Of a stretch of 64,000 bases of DNA, positions 49,886-60,031 are shown piece by piece. The notes beneath the pieces are model-generated. The model was not told where the DNA came from, did not search any database, and saw only the letters and a program-made list of their open reading frames with translations. Within the stretch, counting starts at the first letter, position 1. Each line of letters opens with the position of its first letter. The DNA is from Planctomycetota bacterium. Its GTDB lineage: Bacteria; Planctomycetota; JAJSAM01; JAJVHW01. A program made the translations under genes and the position numbers. The DNA is taken from assembly GCA_965248445.1 (NCBI GenBank), contig CBDFJG010000003.1:1152001-1216000 (forward strand), given 5' to 3'.

Positions 49886-51676
49886 TCAGCGACGCCCGTG
49901 CATCGCCAACTCCTCGCGGATCTGCTCGAAGAGGATGTCCTCGAGGTTGTTGCTCTTCACCTTGCCGGCCACGCCGTGCGAGGCGGCGCTGGCGGCGCTG
50001 CTGCCGTACTCGATGAAGATGAACTTGCCGCGCGTGTACTGGGCGATCTGGCGGAACACCAGCGTCCCGACGGCGTTCAGTCCGCTGGCCGCCACGCTGT
50101 GCACCTTGACGCCCTTCGCGACGGCCGCCTGCAGCGTCTCGCCGTACGGCGTGTCGCCCGCGTAGTCCATGTGCGGCTGCGCGTCGGCGATCAGGAACAC
50201 GACCTTCGCAGCGCCGGGCCGCCACTCGACGCCGGTCACCGCCTCGGCCAGCCCCTGGTTCAGAGACTCCGGTCCGTCGCCACCGCCAGCCGCGTCGACC
50301 TTGCGGAGCGCTTCGTCGAACGCCTCGACGTCGCTGGTGAACGGATGGCTCGCGGTCAGGTACTGGTCACCGATGTCGCGATACAAGACCGCGCTGTAGC
50401 GCAGGTCGAACTCGCGGTCGAGCGACCGGAGCTGCTGCGTCATCCGGAGCAGCGCCTGCTTGATGCTCGCGATCTCGTCGCTCATCGAGCCGGTCGTATC
50501 GATCAGGAGGCAGACGTCGAGCTGCAGGGGATCCGCAGCGCTCGGGGCGCCGTCGATCACCAGCTCGAATTCCTCGCCCGTGCCGTCCCAGACAGTGCGG
50601 GTACCGACCGGGGTGTCGTCGCCGGGCAGATACGCTTCTACGAGCAGCTCGCGCGGAGCGTCGCCGTCGTCCTCGTCGAACTCTGCCATGTGCGGATAGA
50701 ACGCGACGCGGCCGTCGCCGTAGGTCGTGCCGGTGAACACCACGCGGTCGGCGACCTCGTCCACGACGCTCACGATCGCGCCCGGCACGGGTGCGCCGGA
50801 CTCGTCCGTGACCGAGAGCCAGCAGCGCTCGCTCACGTCCATCTGGTGGAACAGCTCGCGAACGTCCTTCTTCTCCACCCACGTGCCGAGGAACTCGAGG
50901 TACGCCTCGTAGTCGTCGTTGTCGTCGGTGGCACCGGCCTTCAGGTCGCGCGCGGGCGGAGCGGAGGGAGCCGCACCACCGCCGCCGCCGGGGCGCCGCC
51001 TCATCACGACCGAGCTGTCGGCGCTGTCGCGCTCCTCGCCGTCGTCGCTGCCGGACTTGTCCTCGTCGTGCGAGCTCGCCACCTCCATCGCGAGAGCCTC
51101 GCGGTCGCGCAGCACGAGCACGTCGCCCCCTTCGCGCGGATCCGCCGCCGGACTGCGAGCAGGCGGCGGCACGTCGTCGCCGGACTCACCGCCGGCATCG
51201 CCCCCGCCGGTGGTCGGTCCTGAGGCGGGGTCGCTCGGTTCCCGGGAGTCGCCCGGGACCTCGCCGACAGGGCCGCGGAACGCGCCGCCGGCGCGGGGGG
51301 CGCCGCGCCCACCGCCGCGGCCGCCGAAGCTGCCCGCGGAGCCGCCGACCACACGGATCTCCGCTGTCGTGACCGGGGCGTCTTCGGTCAGCTCGTCCTT
51401 CTCGCCTTTGCTCGCCGCCTCGCGCCGCTTTGCACCGCCGTCGCCGGGTTGGAGCGTCCGCCGGACGCTCCATGGGCCGTCGACCAGTGCCTCGACCGTC
51501 CGTTCGCTCAGCACGGCCGCGAGATCGAGCTTCCCGACCTCCGTCTCCGCGACGCGGGGCACGAAGGGCTCAGGAGCCGGCGCGGGCGGCGGCGTGGGAG
51601 GCGTGCGGTCGGCGTCGGAGCAGCCGACGAGACCGGCCGCCAGCATGGCGGTGAGCGTGGGGATGACGAGGCGCAT
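49886..51676 (-). CDS. VWA domain-containing lipoprotein
   Basis: Lipobox LVGC; MIDAS motif LIDTTGSMS, YRD, GGGDGPES, IADAQPH. Confidence 0.88.
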   Translation of the reverse strand: MRLVIPTLTAMLAAGLVGCSDADRTPPTPPPAPAPEPFVPRVAETEVGKLDLAAVLSERTVEALVDGPWSVRRTLQPGDGGAKRREAASKGEKDELTEDAPVTTAEIRVVGGSAGSFGGRGGGRGAPRAGGAFRGPVGEVPGDSREPSDPASGPTTGGGDAGGESGDDVPPPARSPAADPREGGDVLVLRDREALAMEVASSHDEDKSGSDDGEERDSADSSVVMRRRPGGGGGAAPSAPPARDLKAGATDDNDDYEAYLEFLGTWVEKKDVRELFHQMDVSERCWLSVTDESGAPVPGAIVSVVDEVADRVVFTGTTYGDGRVAFYPHMAEFDEDDGDAPRELLVEAYLPGDDTPVGTRTVWDGTGEEFELVIDGAPSAADPLQLDVCLLIDTTGSMSDEIASIKQALLRMTQQLRSLDREFDLRYSAVLYRDIGDQYLTASHPFTSDVEAFDEALRKVDAAGGGDGPESLNQGLAEAVTGVEWRPGAAKVVFLIADAQPHMDYAGDTPYGETLQAAVAKGVKVHSVAASGLNAVGTLVFRQIAQYTRGKFIFIEYGSSAASAASHGVAGKVKSNNLEDILFEQIREELAMHGRR

Positions 51677-51853
51677 GGGAGTCTCCTGCCTGCGGCGCGG
51701 CCGGAAACGGCCTCCGCCTACTCCAGTGGACGCAAACGTACGAGGAGAGTTCCCGTTCGACTCTCCCCGTCTCCGGGACAAGTGGAGAGACAAATCGAAA
51801 GCCGGGCCCGCAGCGCATCTGCGGACCCGGCCAGAGCCGCGGAGCCGTTCCGA

Positions 51854-53395
51854 TCAGAGGATCGTCACGAGCTCCGTGAGCGCCGGAGATGCACCCAGCG
51901 CCCTGTAGTTCATGTCACGCAGGAACTCGGCCAGTGCCGGAACCTGCTCGCGATCGCCGATTTGTCCCAGGGCCACGACCGCGAGGGCGCGGGTGAGATC
52001 CGGGAACTTCTCGCCGTTCGCGATCTCGAGGAGCGGCGTCAGAGCGCGCGAGTCGCCGATGCGACCGAGCGCCAACGCCGTGCTGCCGAGAACGTACTGG
52101 CTCTCCTCGCGAGTGCGCAGGACGTCCACCAGCAACGGAACCGCGCGGGCCTCCCCCATCAGACCGACCGACATCGCGGCCCGCAGGCGGACCTCGCGGC
52201 TGCTGTCGTTCTGGAGGAGATCGAGCACGGGCTCACGTGCCGCGTCGTCACCGATCATGCCGAGTGCGAGCGCGATCTGTCCGCGCAAGCGCTCCGATCC
52301 GACGTCGAGCGACGCGAGGAGGTCGGGCGGTGCCAGCGGGTCCTGAGCCAGCCCGAGCGACACCGCGAATGCGCCCCGCATCTTGGGAGCGCTGCCCTCC
52401 GCGTCCGTCCACGCGTCGCGTAGCGGCATGCGAAGTTCCTCGTCCGCAACGGCGCGTCCGGCATCCCGGTCTCCGCGAGCCGCAAGGCCGAGGCCGAGCG
52501 CCGCGAACGGCCGCATGATGAACGCCTTCTGTCCGTCCTCGAGCTGCTCGCGCAGCGTCGTGCGGACACGAGCACGGAGCTTGGGACCGAGGTCGGCCTC
52601 GCCCACCAGGCGGCCGAGCGACACGACGGCGAACGCACGCATCGAGTCGTCGCCGCGCTTCTCCGCCGCGGACTGCAGCGCCGCGATGGTGCGCGCGCGC
52701 TCGTCGCGCTCCGCACCCTTCGCCAGGCCGGCCAGTGCGAGGGCCGCCGAGCGGCGCATGTTCAGGCTTGCGTCAGAACCGCGCTTCGCCTTCCCGACCA
52801 GCGCACGTACCGCGGAGATCACAGCATCGGGATCCTCCGCCGTGCCCGGGCGGCCGAGCCGTCCGAGCGCGTCCACGACGAACGAACGCGAACTCTTCGG
52901 GAGCTCCGCAGCGTCCTTGCGAACGCGGCCGGTCTCGAGAGCTGCGAGCAGCGGCACGACCGCCGAGTCGTCGTCCAGGTTGCCGAGCGCGAGCAGCGCC
53001 AAGGGCACCACGTCGGTCTCCGTCTCGTCGCCCGCGAGCAGATCGACGAGTGCCTCGCGGATCTGCGACCTCGCCGGACTGTCGAGCCGGCCCAGCAGGC
53101 CGAGCGAGACCGCAGCGAACGGACGCGCACGGGAGCCCTTGTGCCCCTTGTCGCCGGCGATGCCGACCAGCGCATCGATCACTTCCTCGGAGGGTGTGCC
53201 GAGCAGGCCGAGCGCGAGCGCCGCGGACTCCTCGACGATGACGTGCGCCTTGCCGTCCTCGTTCTTGGCGAGGCGGATCAGGTCGGGGGTGACGGTCTGG
53301 TCGCCGGCCTTGGCCAGGGCCAACGTCGCGGCCGACCGGACGTCGAAGTGCAGGTCCTCGTCTGCCAGGAGCTTGCGCAGAGCAGGCAACCACTC
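51854..53395 (-). pseudogene. HEAT-repeat protein, apparently 5'-truncated at the integrase junction
   Basis: Repeated VRxAAxLALG units. The ORF begins mid-repeat (TTG 53389) with an in-frame stop 6 codons upstream and no signal peptide. Confidence 0.7.
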
Positions 53396-53438
53396 CGACA
53401 GTTTTCAGGCTCGAATTGGGCTGAAATCGGAAAACAGG

Positions 53439-54536
53439 ATGGGTACCGTACCCATAGTGGGACGGCAGACCAGACGCGGGTGGGGCTCGATCAAGCGCCG
53501 GAACGGGCGGCTCTACGCCCGCTTCACGCACCCACTGACCGGCAAGCGGACGATGCGCCGGCTGCGCGCACACACGCTCCGCGCCGCCGAGTCCGAGATG
53601 ATCTCGCTCCGTCACGCGCTCGAGAACGAGGACGCGCCCCCGCCGGTCGAGATGACGCTGCTCGCGTGGACGCTCGACAGCTACCTGGCGATCCTGCGCT
53701 CCCGTCTCGCGGAGGGCTCGTGCGCCAGCGCCCGCGTCCACATCGCGCGGTTCTCGAACTGGCTGGCCGAGAACGGGGATCCACCGATGTCCCGCGTGAC
53801 CGCGGCTCACGCGCAGCAGTTCTGCGCGGACCTGGCCGCCGAGGAGCTGAAGCCCGGGTACATCCAGCGACTCGTGCGAACGCTGCGCGGCACGTGGCGC
53901 GACGCCATCACGCATCGGCTCGCGGACGTCAACCCGTTCGATGGCCTTGTCCTCAAGGCGCCCGACGAGACCGAGGTCCCGTGGGTCGATCCGGCCGACC
54001 TGCGCAAGCTCCTGTTGCACGCGACTGACTTCCAGCGCCCCATCCTCACGGTCATCGCGGGTACGGGCCTCCGCTCCGGCGAGGCGCGCGCCCTGTCGTG
54101 GGATGATGTCACGCTGACCGGACAGGACCCGAACGTGTATGTGAGGAGCGGGAAGACACCCGCAGCGCGTCGTCGCGTCCCGTTGACGGACGACGCGCTC
54201 GCGGCCTTGGTCGCGCTGCACGGGCGCGCTGAGTCGCCGGAAGGGGCCGTCTTCGCACCGCGGTCCCCGTACGGCATGCTGCGAGCGCTCGGCCACGCGT
54301 GCGCGGCTGCGAAGCACGTCCGGCTGACGGTTCACCAGCTCAGGCATGTGTACGCCTCTCATCTTGTGCAAGCTGGCTGTTCCTTGCCGACAGTAGCTCG
54401 GTTGCTCGGCCACGCGGACCACGGGGTGCTGGCCCTGCGTCTGTACGGTCGCTGGGCTCCTCAGGATGCTGAGCGTCTCGCGGTGAGGGATCTGGTGGCA
54501 TTTCGGAGAGCCACTCCAGAAACGCATCCCGGCTGA
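53439..54536 (+). CDS. Tyrosine recombinase / phage integrase
   Basis: Arm-type N-terminus GWGSIKRR, TGLRSGE, KT..RRVPL, HQLRH, LLGH, catalytic Y (LRLYG). Confidence 0.92.
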   Translation: MGTVPIVGRQTRRGWGSIKRRNGRLYARFTHPLTGKRTMRRLRAHTLRAAESEMISLRHALENEDAPPPVEMTLLAWTLDSYLAILRSRLAEGSCASARVHIARFSNWLAENGDPPMSRVTAAHAQQFCADLAAEELKPGYIQRLVRTLRGTWRDAITHRLADVNPFDGLVLKAPDETEVPWVDPADLRKLLLHATDFQRPILTVIAGTGLRSGEARALSWDDVTLTGQDPNVYVRSGKTPAARRRVPLTDDALAALVALHGRAESPEGAVFAPRSPYGMLRALGHACAAAKHVRLTVHQLRHVYASHLVQAGCSLPTVARLLGHADHGVLALRLYGRWAPQDAERLAVRDLVAFRRATPETHPG

Positions 54537-54681
54537 CGTAGACGTCCCCGTCGATGCGCTGGCCCGGGAAGTTGTGCGCGCGGCGCCACTCCAGGCGCAT
54601 CAGGGTGGCCTTCTTCAGGTTGACCAGCCTCTCGATCGCCGCGGCGTTCAGGATCTCCGGCAAGGTGTTAGTGAGGGTCAT
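54340..54681 (-). CDS. Excisionase-like winged-helix protein
   Basis: LPEILNAAAIERLVNLKKATL..FPGQRIDGDVYVSRDAFLEWL; ATGA-coupled to the upstream phage gene. Confidence 0.6.
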   Translation of the reverse strand: MTLTNTLPEILNAAAIERLVNLKKATLMRLEWRRAHNFPGQRIDGDVYVSRDAFLEWLSEMPPDPSPRDAQHPEEPSDRTDAGPAPRGPRGRATELLSARNSQLAQDERRTHA

Positions 54682-55046
54682 TCGGTCGCGCTCGTGCGGG
54701 AGAGGCGACGGAGCCACTCTGGGCTCTCGCGGTTCAGGGACCGCACTCGGATGCCCAGCCGCGTCGCATGCCGGACCTCGTTCGCGGTGCTCTCGCCGAT
54801 GTAGCCATCGACGTCCACCACGAGGATCTCGTCGGACATCGAGAGCTTGTCCAGGTGCAAGGCATCCATCTGCTCCGCTACGCCTTCCACCTCCGCCTGG
54901 TGCGACGATGCTGCGCCGTACCAATCCGGCAGCAGGTGGCACGAGAGCGCGATCTTGCCGGCCTTCTCCTCGTGCCACGCGGCGACCGCCATCACGTCGA
55001 TGAAGCGTGACGAGCCGCACAGGGTGACGATCGTGCGCCGGGTCAC
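54678..55046 (-). CDS. Phage protein, nucleoside 2-deoxyribosyltransferase-like fold
   Basis: IVTLCGSSRF..LHLDKLSMSDEILVVDVDGYIGESTANEV; GTGA-coupled to the upstream gene. Confidence 0.65.
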   Translation of the reverse strand: MTRRTIVTLCGSSRFIDVMAVAAWHEEKAGKIALSCHLLPDWYGAASSHQAEVEGVAEQMDALHLDKLSMSDEILVVDVDGYIGESTANEVRHATRLGIRVRSLNRESPEWLRRLSRTSATE

Positions 55047-55546
55047 GCCTTGCTCCCCTCCGCGGCGAGGCGCCGCTCCTCGAGCAGGTCGTACGTCGGC
55101 TTCATCGCCCCGGCGGCGGCCTTCACGAACTCGTGCAGCCCTGGGCTGTTCATAATCAGCTCCGGGTCGCTACTTGCCCAACGGGGGCCGTCCAACAGGT
55201 CCATCAGTGCAAGGGCGGTGAACTCGTGCCAGTACTCCGGGATGGGGCCGAGCGAGATGCCCGTGGGGACGTGGATGACGTGCTGCTGCCGGCTGAGCGG
55301 GTGCCATCCACATCCCGGTGGCCGGACGGTGAGAGCGCGGTCTCCGTCCATGTGCAGCGTGTGATCCTCCATGCAGCCAGTGCAGCCCCACAGCTCCTCG
55401 GGGACCGCGAGGAACCCCGAGTCCGACAGGTACGCGAACGCCTCCACTGACCCGCCCTCGAACGCGCGGGTGATGACGGCCTTCTTCCGCTCCTGGCGGT
55501 CACGGACGTCGTCCGGCGGGATGACCTTGAACTCGTGCTCGCTCAT
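55043..55546 (-). CDS. Hypothetical phage protein
   Basis: GGGGAG RBS; coupled to the downstream gene; contains CxxC and a HVPTG motif. Confidence 0.55.
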   Translation of the reverse strand: MSEHEFKVIPPDDVRDRQERKKAVITRAFEGGSVEAFAYLSDSGFLAVPEELWGCTGCMEDHTLHMDGDRALTVRPPGCGWHPLSRQQHVIHVPTGISLGPIPEYWHEFTALALMDLLDGPRWASSDPELIMNSPGLHEFVKAAAGAMKPTYDLLEERRLAAEGSKA

Positions 55547-55617
55547 CGTGTGCTCCCCTCGAGGCACGCGCTCCGAGGCGAGGCCGTGTTGCGGCAGCGC
55601 CATTTCTGCACCGCTAG

Positions 55618-57286
55618 CCGCATCTGTTCACGAGACGTCGCGATGACGGTGCTTTCGGAGTCCACAGGGTCAGATCTTGGCCAGGCGAGGGCGGATGCTG
55701 TCGTCGTTGCCACAAGGGCAACGCGAGTGAGCGGCCGAAACGGCGCGGATTCTGCGGTGTGGGCAGACCGTAGGCCGGGCGGTGGTGTGGCGGACGGCGC
55801 GGCGGGACGTCAGGTCGGCTTCGGGGATGCCAGCAGTCGTTGCGCGCAGCGCTCGAAGACGTGCTGCCAGGGCCACGACGAGGACATCGAGACCCAGATC
55901 CGGCGCGTCGTGATCCGCACGAGCGCGCCGATCTTGAGCAGCCGCAGGCGGATCGTGCCGGCTTGCGCACGCGCCATCTCGGTGCCGGCGAGACCGATGC
56001 GTCGCAGCGCACAGGTCAGGACGTAGGCCATGGCCGACATGGCCATCCGCACGGCGTTGCCCTGCATCGTGTGCACCGACAGACGGGTGCCGAAGAGCTC
56101 GAGCTGCTGCTCCTTGATGCGATTCTCCGCCTCGCCCCGGGCGCAGTAGAGCTGCTCGTAGAGACGCTTGCTGCTCCAGCTACGAGGCGGCAGATTGGTC
56201 ACCACGAAGCGGGGATTGCGCTTGCCGCCCGGCAGGTGCTCGGCCTTGGCGACCACGCGACGCCTCTGGCTCCAGCTCCCCAGCGTGGTCCAGGCAAAGT
56301 CGCGAAAGACCCGGGCTGCTCGGCCGGTCTGCACGGCACGGGCTGCGGCCTCATCGAGCGCGTCTTCGACGTGTCGCTCAAGGCGCTCATTGCGCGCCAT
56401 GCCCAGCAGGTAGAAGTGGCCGGCGGCCTCGCACCAGGCCATCAGCTCCTCGCGGCAAAAGCCCGAGTCTGCGCGCACGAGCACCTTGGCCCGGGGCCAG
56501 CGGCGCCGCAGACGTAAGACCAGCGCACGGAGCTCGTCCACGACTCCGCGCGCGGGATCTCTGTCAGCGGTCTGGAGCCGAGCGAGCAAGAGGTGCTCGC
56601 CGCAGAAGACGTACAGCGGCAGGTAGCAGTAGTGCCCGTAGTAGCCGTGGAAGAAGCGGCCCTCCTGCCGGCCGTGCAGCCGCACGTCGGAGTGGTCCAG
56701 GTCCAGCACGAGCAGGCCCGGATCCTCCGGCCCCATGGCCTCGCAGAAGACGTCGCTGAGCACGCTGTCCACGCGCTCCTGGTCCATCTCGATCTTGGCG
56801 TAGCGCGTCTGTGCCGTGGCGCCGAGCTGCGTGGTCTCGAGCCGCGAGAGCGTCGGGTGCGTGGCCAGAGCACCCTCGCGCTTGCCGCACGCCGCGGCAA
56901 ACAGCGGGTCCTTGCCGACATGGTCGTGGTCCACCAGATCCTCGTAGCCCGCGCACAGCCCGAAGACCCGCTGACGCAGCATCTGGCCGACCGTGTGCTC
57001 GACCCGACGCGGGTCCCGGTGGTCCCCGAAGCAGCGCGCAAACCGCGAGAGCAGATCGATGCGACGATCGGTCCGCTCGAGCAGCAGCACGCCCCCGTCG
57101 CTCGTCACGGTACCGGCGTCGAAGCGCGTCACCGCGGTGCGTCCACAGATGCCCGCGAAGAGGGTCCCCTGCGGGCTACAGTCTGTCGTCATCGGGCCGG
57201 CGCTCCTGTCGGTGCAAGTACTAGCGAGTACGAGCACTTAGACAGACGACGGCCCGCTCAGATTCCCGGCTGGTGAACGATTCGGG
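55618..57286 (-). mobile_element. IS1380-family element, copy 2 (1669 bp), with CTAG target duplication
   Basis: CTAG at 55614-55617 and 57287-57290; same IRs as copy 1. Confidence 0.95.
55810..57192 (-). CDS. IS1380 family transposase
   Basis: Nearly identical to 38919-40301. Confidence 0.95.
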   Translation of the reverse strand: MTTDCSPQGTLFAGICGRTAVTRFDAGTVTSDGGVLLLERTDRRIDLLSRFARCFGDHRDPRRVEHTVGQMLRQRVFGLCAGYEDLVDHDHVGKDPLFAAACGKREGALATHPTLSRLETTQLGATAQTRYAKIEMDQERVDSVLSDVFCEAMGPEDPGLLVLDLDHSDVRLHGRQEGRFFHGYYGHYCYLPLYVFCGEHLLLARLQTADRDPARGVVDELRALVLRLRRRWPRAKVLVRADSGFCREELMAWCEAAGHFYLLGMARNERLERHVEDALDEAAARAVQTGRAARVFRDFAWTTLGSWSQRRRVVAKAEHLPGGKRNPRFVVTNLPPRSWSSKRLYEQLYCARGEAENRIKEQQLELFGTRLSVHTMQGNAVRMAMSAMAYVLTCALRRIGLAGTEMARAQAGTIRLRLLKIGALVRITTRRIWVSMSSSWPWQHVFERCAQRLLASPKPT

Positions 57287-57744
57287 CTAGCCGGTCCGTC
57301 GCGACTCGTCTCTGTGGGTTGGCTGCGCCGACTGTTTCGGATTTCTTGGCGGGCGAGCCCGTCCAAGCCCGTTCACACGTGTAGCGGTGGACCTGCACCT
57401 GCGGTACGTCGCGAGCGGCTGTCGCGAAGGAGAGCATCTGGATGCCCGAGCCCAGCGTCTCCGCGTCTCCCGCCCCCACACGGGAACATGAACGGGAGAT
57501 GAACGAGCCCACTTGCGCAGCGCCGCCGCGGCGTGTAAGACCGTCAGCGGGGGCAGCGGGAGTGTGCGGCGCTAGCAGCGACGCGCGAGGAGAGCGATCA
57601 CGCTCGCTGCGGAGCTTCATGCCGCGAACACAGGTCACTCGCAGGCTCAATCTGACTCGGCGCCCAGCCTTGGGCCTCGGGCAGCTTCGCGCGTCGGCCC
57701 CAGCGGCGCGGATCACGCGCCGCCGTCCTGCTCGGGCGGCCCGC

Positions 57745-57996
57745 CCGCGCGTCGAGCACTGGCCGTCCCTATATACGTACCTCGGCTACTGTCTCGTGGA
57801 GCCAGCCCTGACCCTCGGGGAGCAGCTACGGCGCTGGCGGCGGGCGCAGGGCTTGTGCAGGAGCGCCGTCGCCCAACTGCTCGGCCTCGACGACTGCACC
57901 CTCTGGCGCCTCGAGGCCGGGATCACCGGAGAGCCCACGCGCAGAGTCCGTTCGACGGTGCAGTCCCTGCTCGCGCGGCCACTCCACAGGCAGTGA
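57745..57996 (+). pseudogene. XRE-family HTH remnant
   Basis: HWPSLYTYLGY..TLGEQLRRWRRAQGL..VAQLLGLDDCTLWRLEAG; no convincing start. Confidence 0.5.
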
Positions 57997-58131
57997 GCCA
58001 GCGAGTTGAAGCCTCCTCGCTCGGGGCTCAGCGCAACGTGGGCAGTTGGACTTCGATTCCGCGCGCCGCCAGCCCGGGAGAGCACTTGCTCCCGAAGCAA
58101 GAGCAGCCAGGCTCGCAGTCCTGTGTTCGCC

Positions 58132-58165
58132 GTCGCATGTGTCGCATACGTCGCATGTGTCGCAG
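58132..58165. repeat. 9-bp tandem repeat (about 4 units)
   Basis: GTCGCATGT GTCGCATAC GTCGCATGT GTCGCAG. Confidence 0.7.
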
Positions 58166-58637
58166 GAGACGACTGTAGTCCTGCAACTCTAGAGCAACTC
58201 TGTGCCGTGGACGGTACGCAGCAGCGACGGAGGCGACGACCTCAACGGCTGCCGCTCACCGGGGAGGTGGTCCGACACTGGTCACGGCTCGATGATCAAT
58301 CGCCGGTTCCGTCGCTTCCACTGTTCTCGAATGAACGGGAGCCACGCCGGGAGCCTCGCCAAGAGTAACGCCAAGACGCCCGCGGCTGCCGATACGAGCG
58401 CTACGATCGTGTCGGACGTTGCCTGCCTAACCTCGACACGCGCGCTCATGGCTCGCATCGCGACCACGCCCTCGCCGCCGACGGCTCTCTCGATCGGTGT
58501 CGCCCCGAACGTGCGAATCGGTATCGGTGTCCGCGTGGGCCTGTCCTCCAGCTGCACCTCGACGCGGTACGATCCGACACTCTACCACTGGCAGGATGAC
58601 GAATTCGTGCCGCACCTCGCCAGGCCACGACAGCCAT

Positions 58638-59063
58638 TCATGCACCAACGCCCGGTTCATGCACCAACGCCCCAGGACGCAGCGAATATGCCACGGCACC
58701 GAGCAACATCATTACCAAGGCGATGATGAGACGCCCCACATAGCCGACCTCAAGCCCGCCGGTACACCCACAAGTTGCGTTGATGCCACGCGTGGCAACG
58801 AGAAAGCCCTGAAAACAGAGGAACGCACCGCCCAGGCCAATGAGCAAGAGTGACCGGAAGCGCCCCAGCCACCCTGCAAGGAAGGCAGCCCCGAGGAGAA
58901 CCTCGACCACTCCCACTGCTGCGACAGCGGACGAAACCCACGGCCAGACTGGCTCAGCACCTGCACCGCCTGGAACGAGTTTCGAGCCTGCAAGAGCGAT
59001 GAGGGCGAGGCCACACGCAACATCCACCGGGCGCCGCGACAGTGACAGTGAACGACGGATCAA
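58638..59063 (-). CDS. MauE/DoxX family membrane protein
   Basis: TM helices, LAGSKL, VEVLLG, and a TCGCTGG (CGCxG) motif. Confidence 0.75.
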   Translation of the reverse strand: MIRRSLSLSRRPVDVACGLALIALAGSKLVPGGAGAEPVWPWVSSAVAAVGVVEVLLGAAFLAGWLGRFRSLLLIGLGGAFLCFQGFLVATRGINATCGCTGGLEVGYVGRLIIALVMMLLGAVAYSLRPGALVHEPGVGA

Positions 59064-60022
59064 CGCTCAGCCAGCCGCCACGCCGCCGCGCTTACACGTG
59101 CGAACGAGCGCCCAAACTGGTCGCACAACAGATCGAGTTCGTCGTCTACACCGCGCTCAAAGACGTAAACGCTGTCCCCGCGACCGATGACTCCGGAGAT
59201 CTCCTGGACATCGAGCCGTGTTGCGCGCCCGCTATCGACCGCGGACGTTGTTAGATCCCAGAGTCGGTAGAGATCGGACCAGTAGTCCTCCAGTTGCTGG
59301 TTCTTGAACGTGACCAGCTTGGCAAACGTCTCATCCGTGACGCGCTCGTATCCCGGCATCTCCCGCCGATGCGGGGCCGTGTATCCAAGATGCAAAGCAA
59401 CGTCGGCGGCCGCTTCACGGGGATCGAACGCAAGAATATCCGTTTGTTTGCCGACAGAGACTGCGAATTCGTCTCCCGCACGAAACAACAGAAATGAGAA
59501 ATCCCCGTTCCGGAGCGGACTCGAGAGCGCCCGATTGAGCTCGGAGATGCGAACTTGAACATCGTCTCCGGGCTCGGACATCAACACGGGATCAACTCCG
59601 ACGCCCCCACGCTTCCGATACTCACTCAGCGACAGGGACAACGGCCGTGTCGGCGTGGGATCTACAGACTTCCGAAACTCCGTCTCTAATCCGTACTCAA
59701 CGAACAGATTGTAGAGATCACGGTGGTGCTCGTCTCGTGGGCCTGCCGGCTGGCGGCCGGTTGCGCTCGGCTGCACCTCTGATGCCCCGCTACTGCCAAG
59801 CGCATCGGACTCCGCGCGCGAACGCGCCTCACGAATAGCAACTCGCACTCTCCGCAGATCTCTCAGTAGTGACTCGTCCGATCCGCTCCCATCGTGGCCA
59901 AGATCATCCGATCCGTGCTCGTGGACATCAATTCCCCCACTCAGCGCCGCGGCGGTTAGACGTCCCGACACTCCGAGCACAAAGGCAAGCACTGCTACAG
60001 CAATAATCGGTAGCGCCTTCAT
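59060..60022 (-). CDS. Hypothetical exported or membrane-anchored protein
   Basis: 320 aa with an N-terminal hydrophobic segment; overlaps the next gene. Confidence 0.55.
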   Translation of the reverse strand: MKALPIIAVAVLAFVLGVSGRLTAAALSGGIDVHEHGSDDLGHDGSGSDESLLRDLRRVRVAIREARSRAESDALGSSGASEVQPSATGRQPAGPRDEHHRDLYNLFVEYGLETEFRKSVDPTPTRPLSLSLSEYRKRGGVGVDPVLMSEPGDDVQVRISELNRALSSPLRNGDFSFLLFRAGDEFAVSVGKQTDILAFDPREAAADVALHLGYTAPHRREMPGYERVTDETFAKLVTFKNQQLEDYWSDLYRLWDLTTSAVDSGRATRLDVQEISGVIGRGDSVYVFERGVDDELDLLCDQFGRSFARVSAAAWRLAER

Positions 60023-60031
60023 CGTCGAGTG

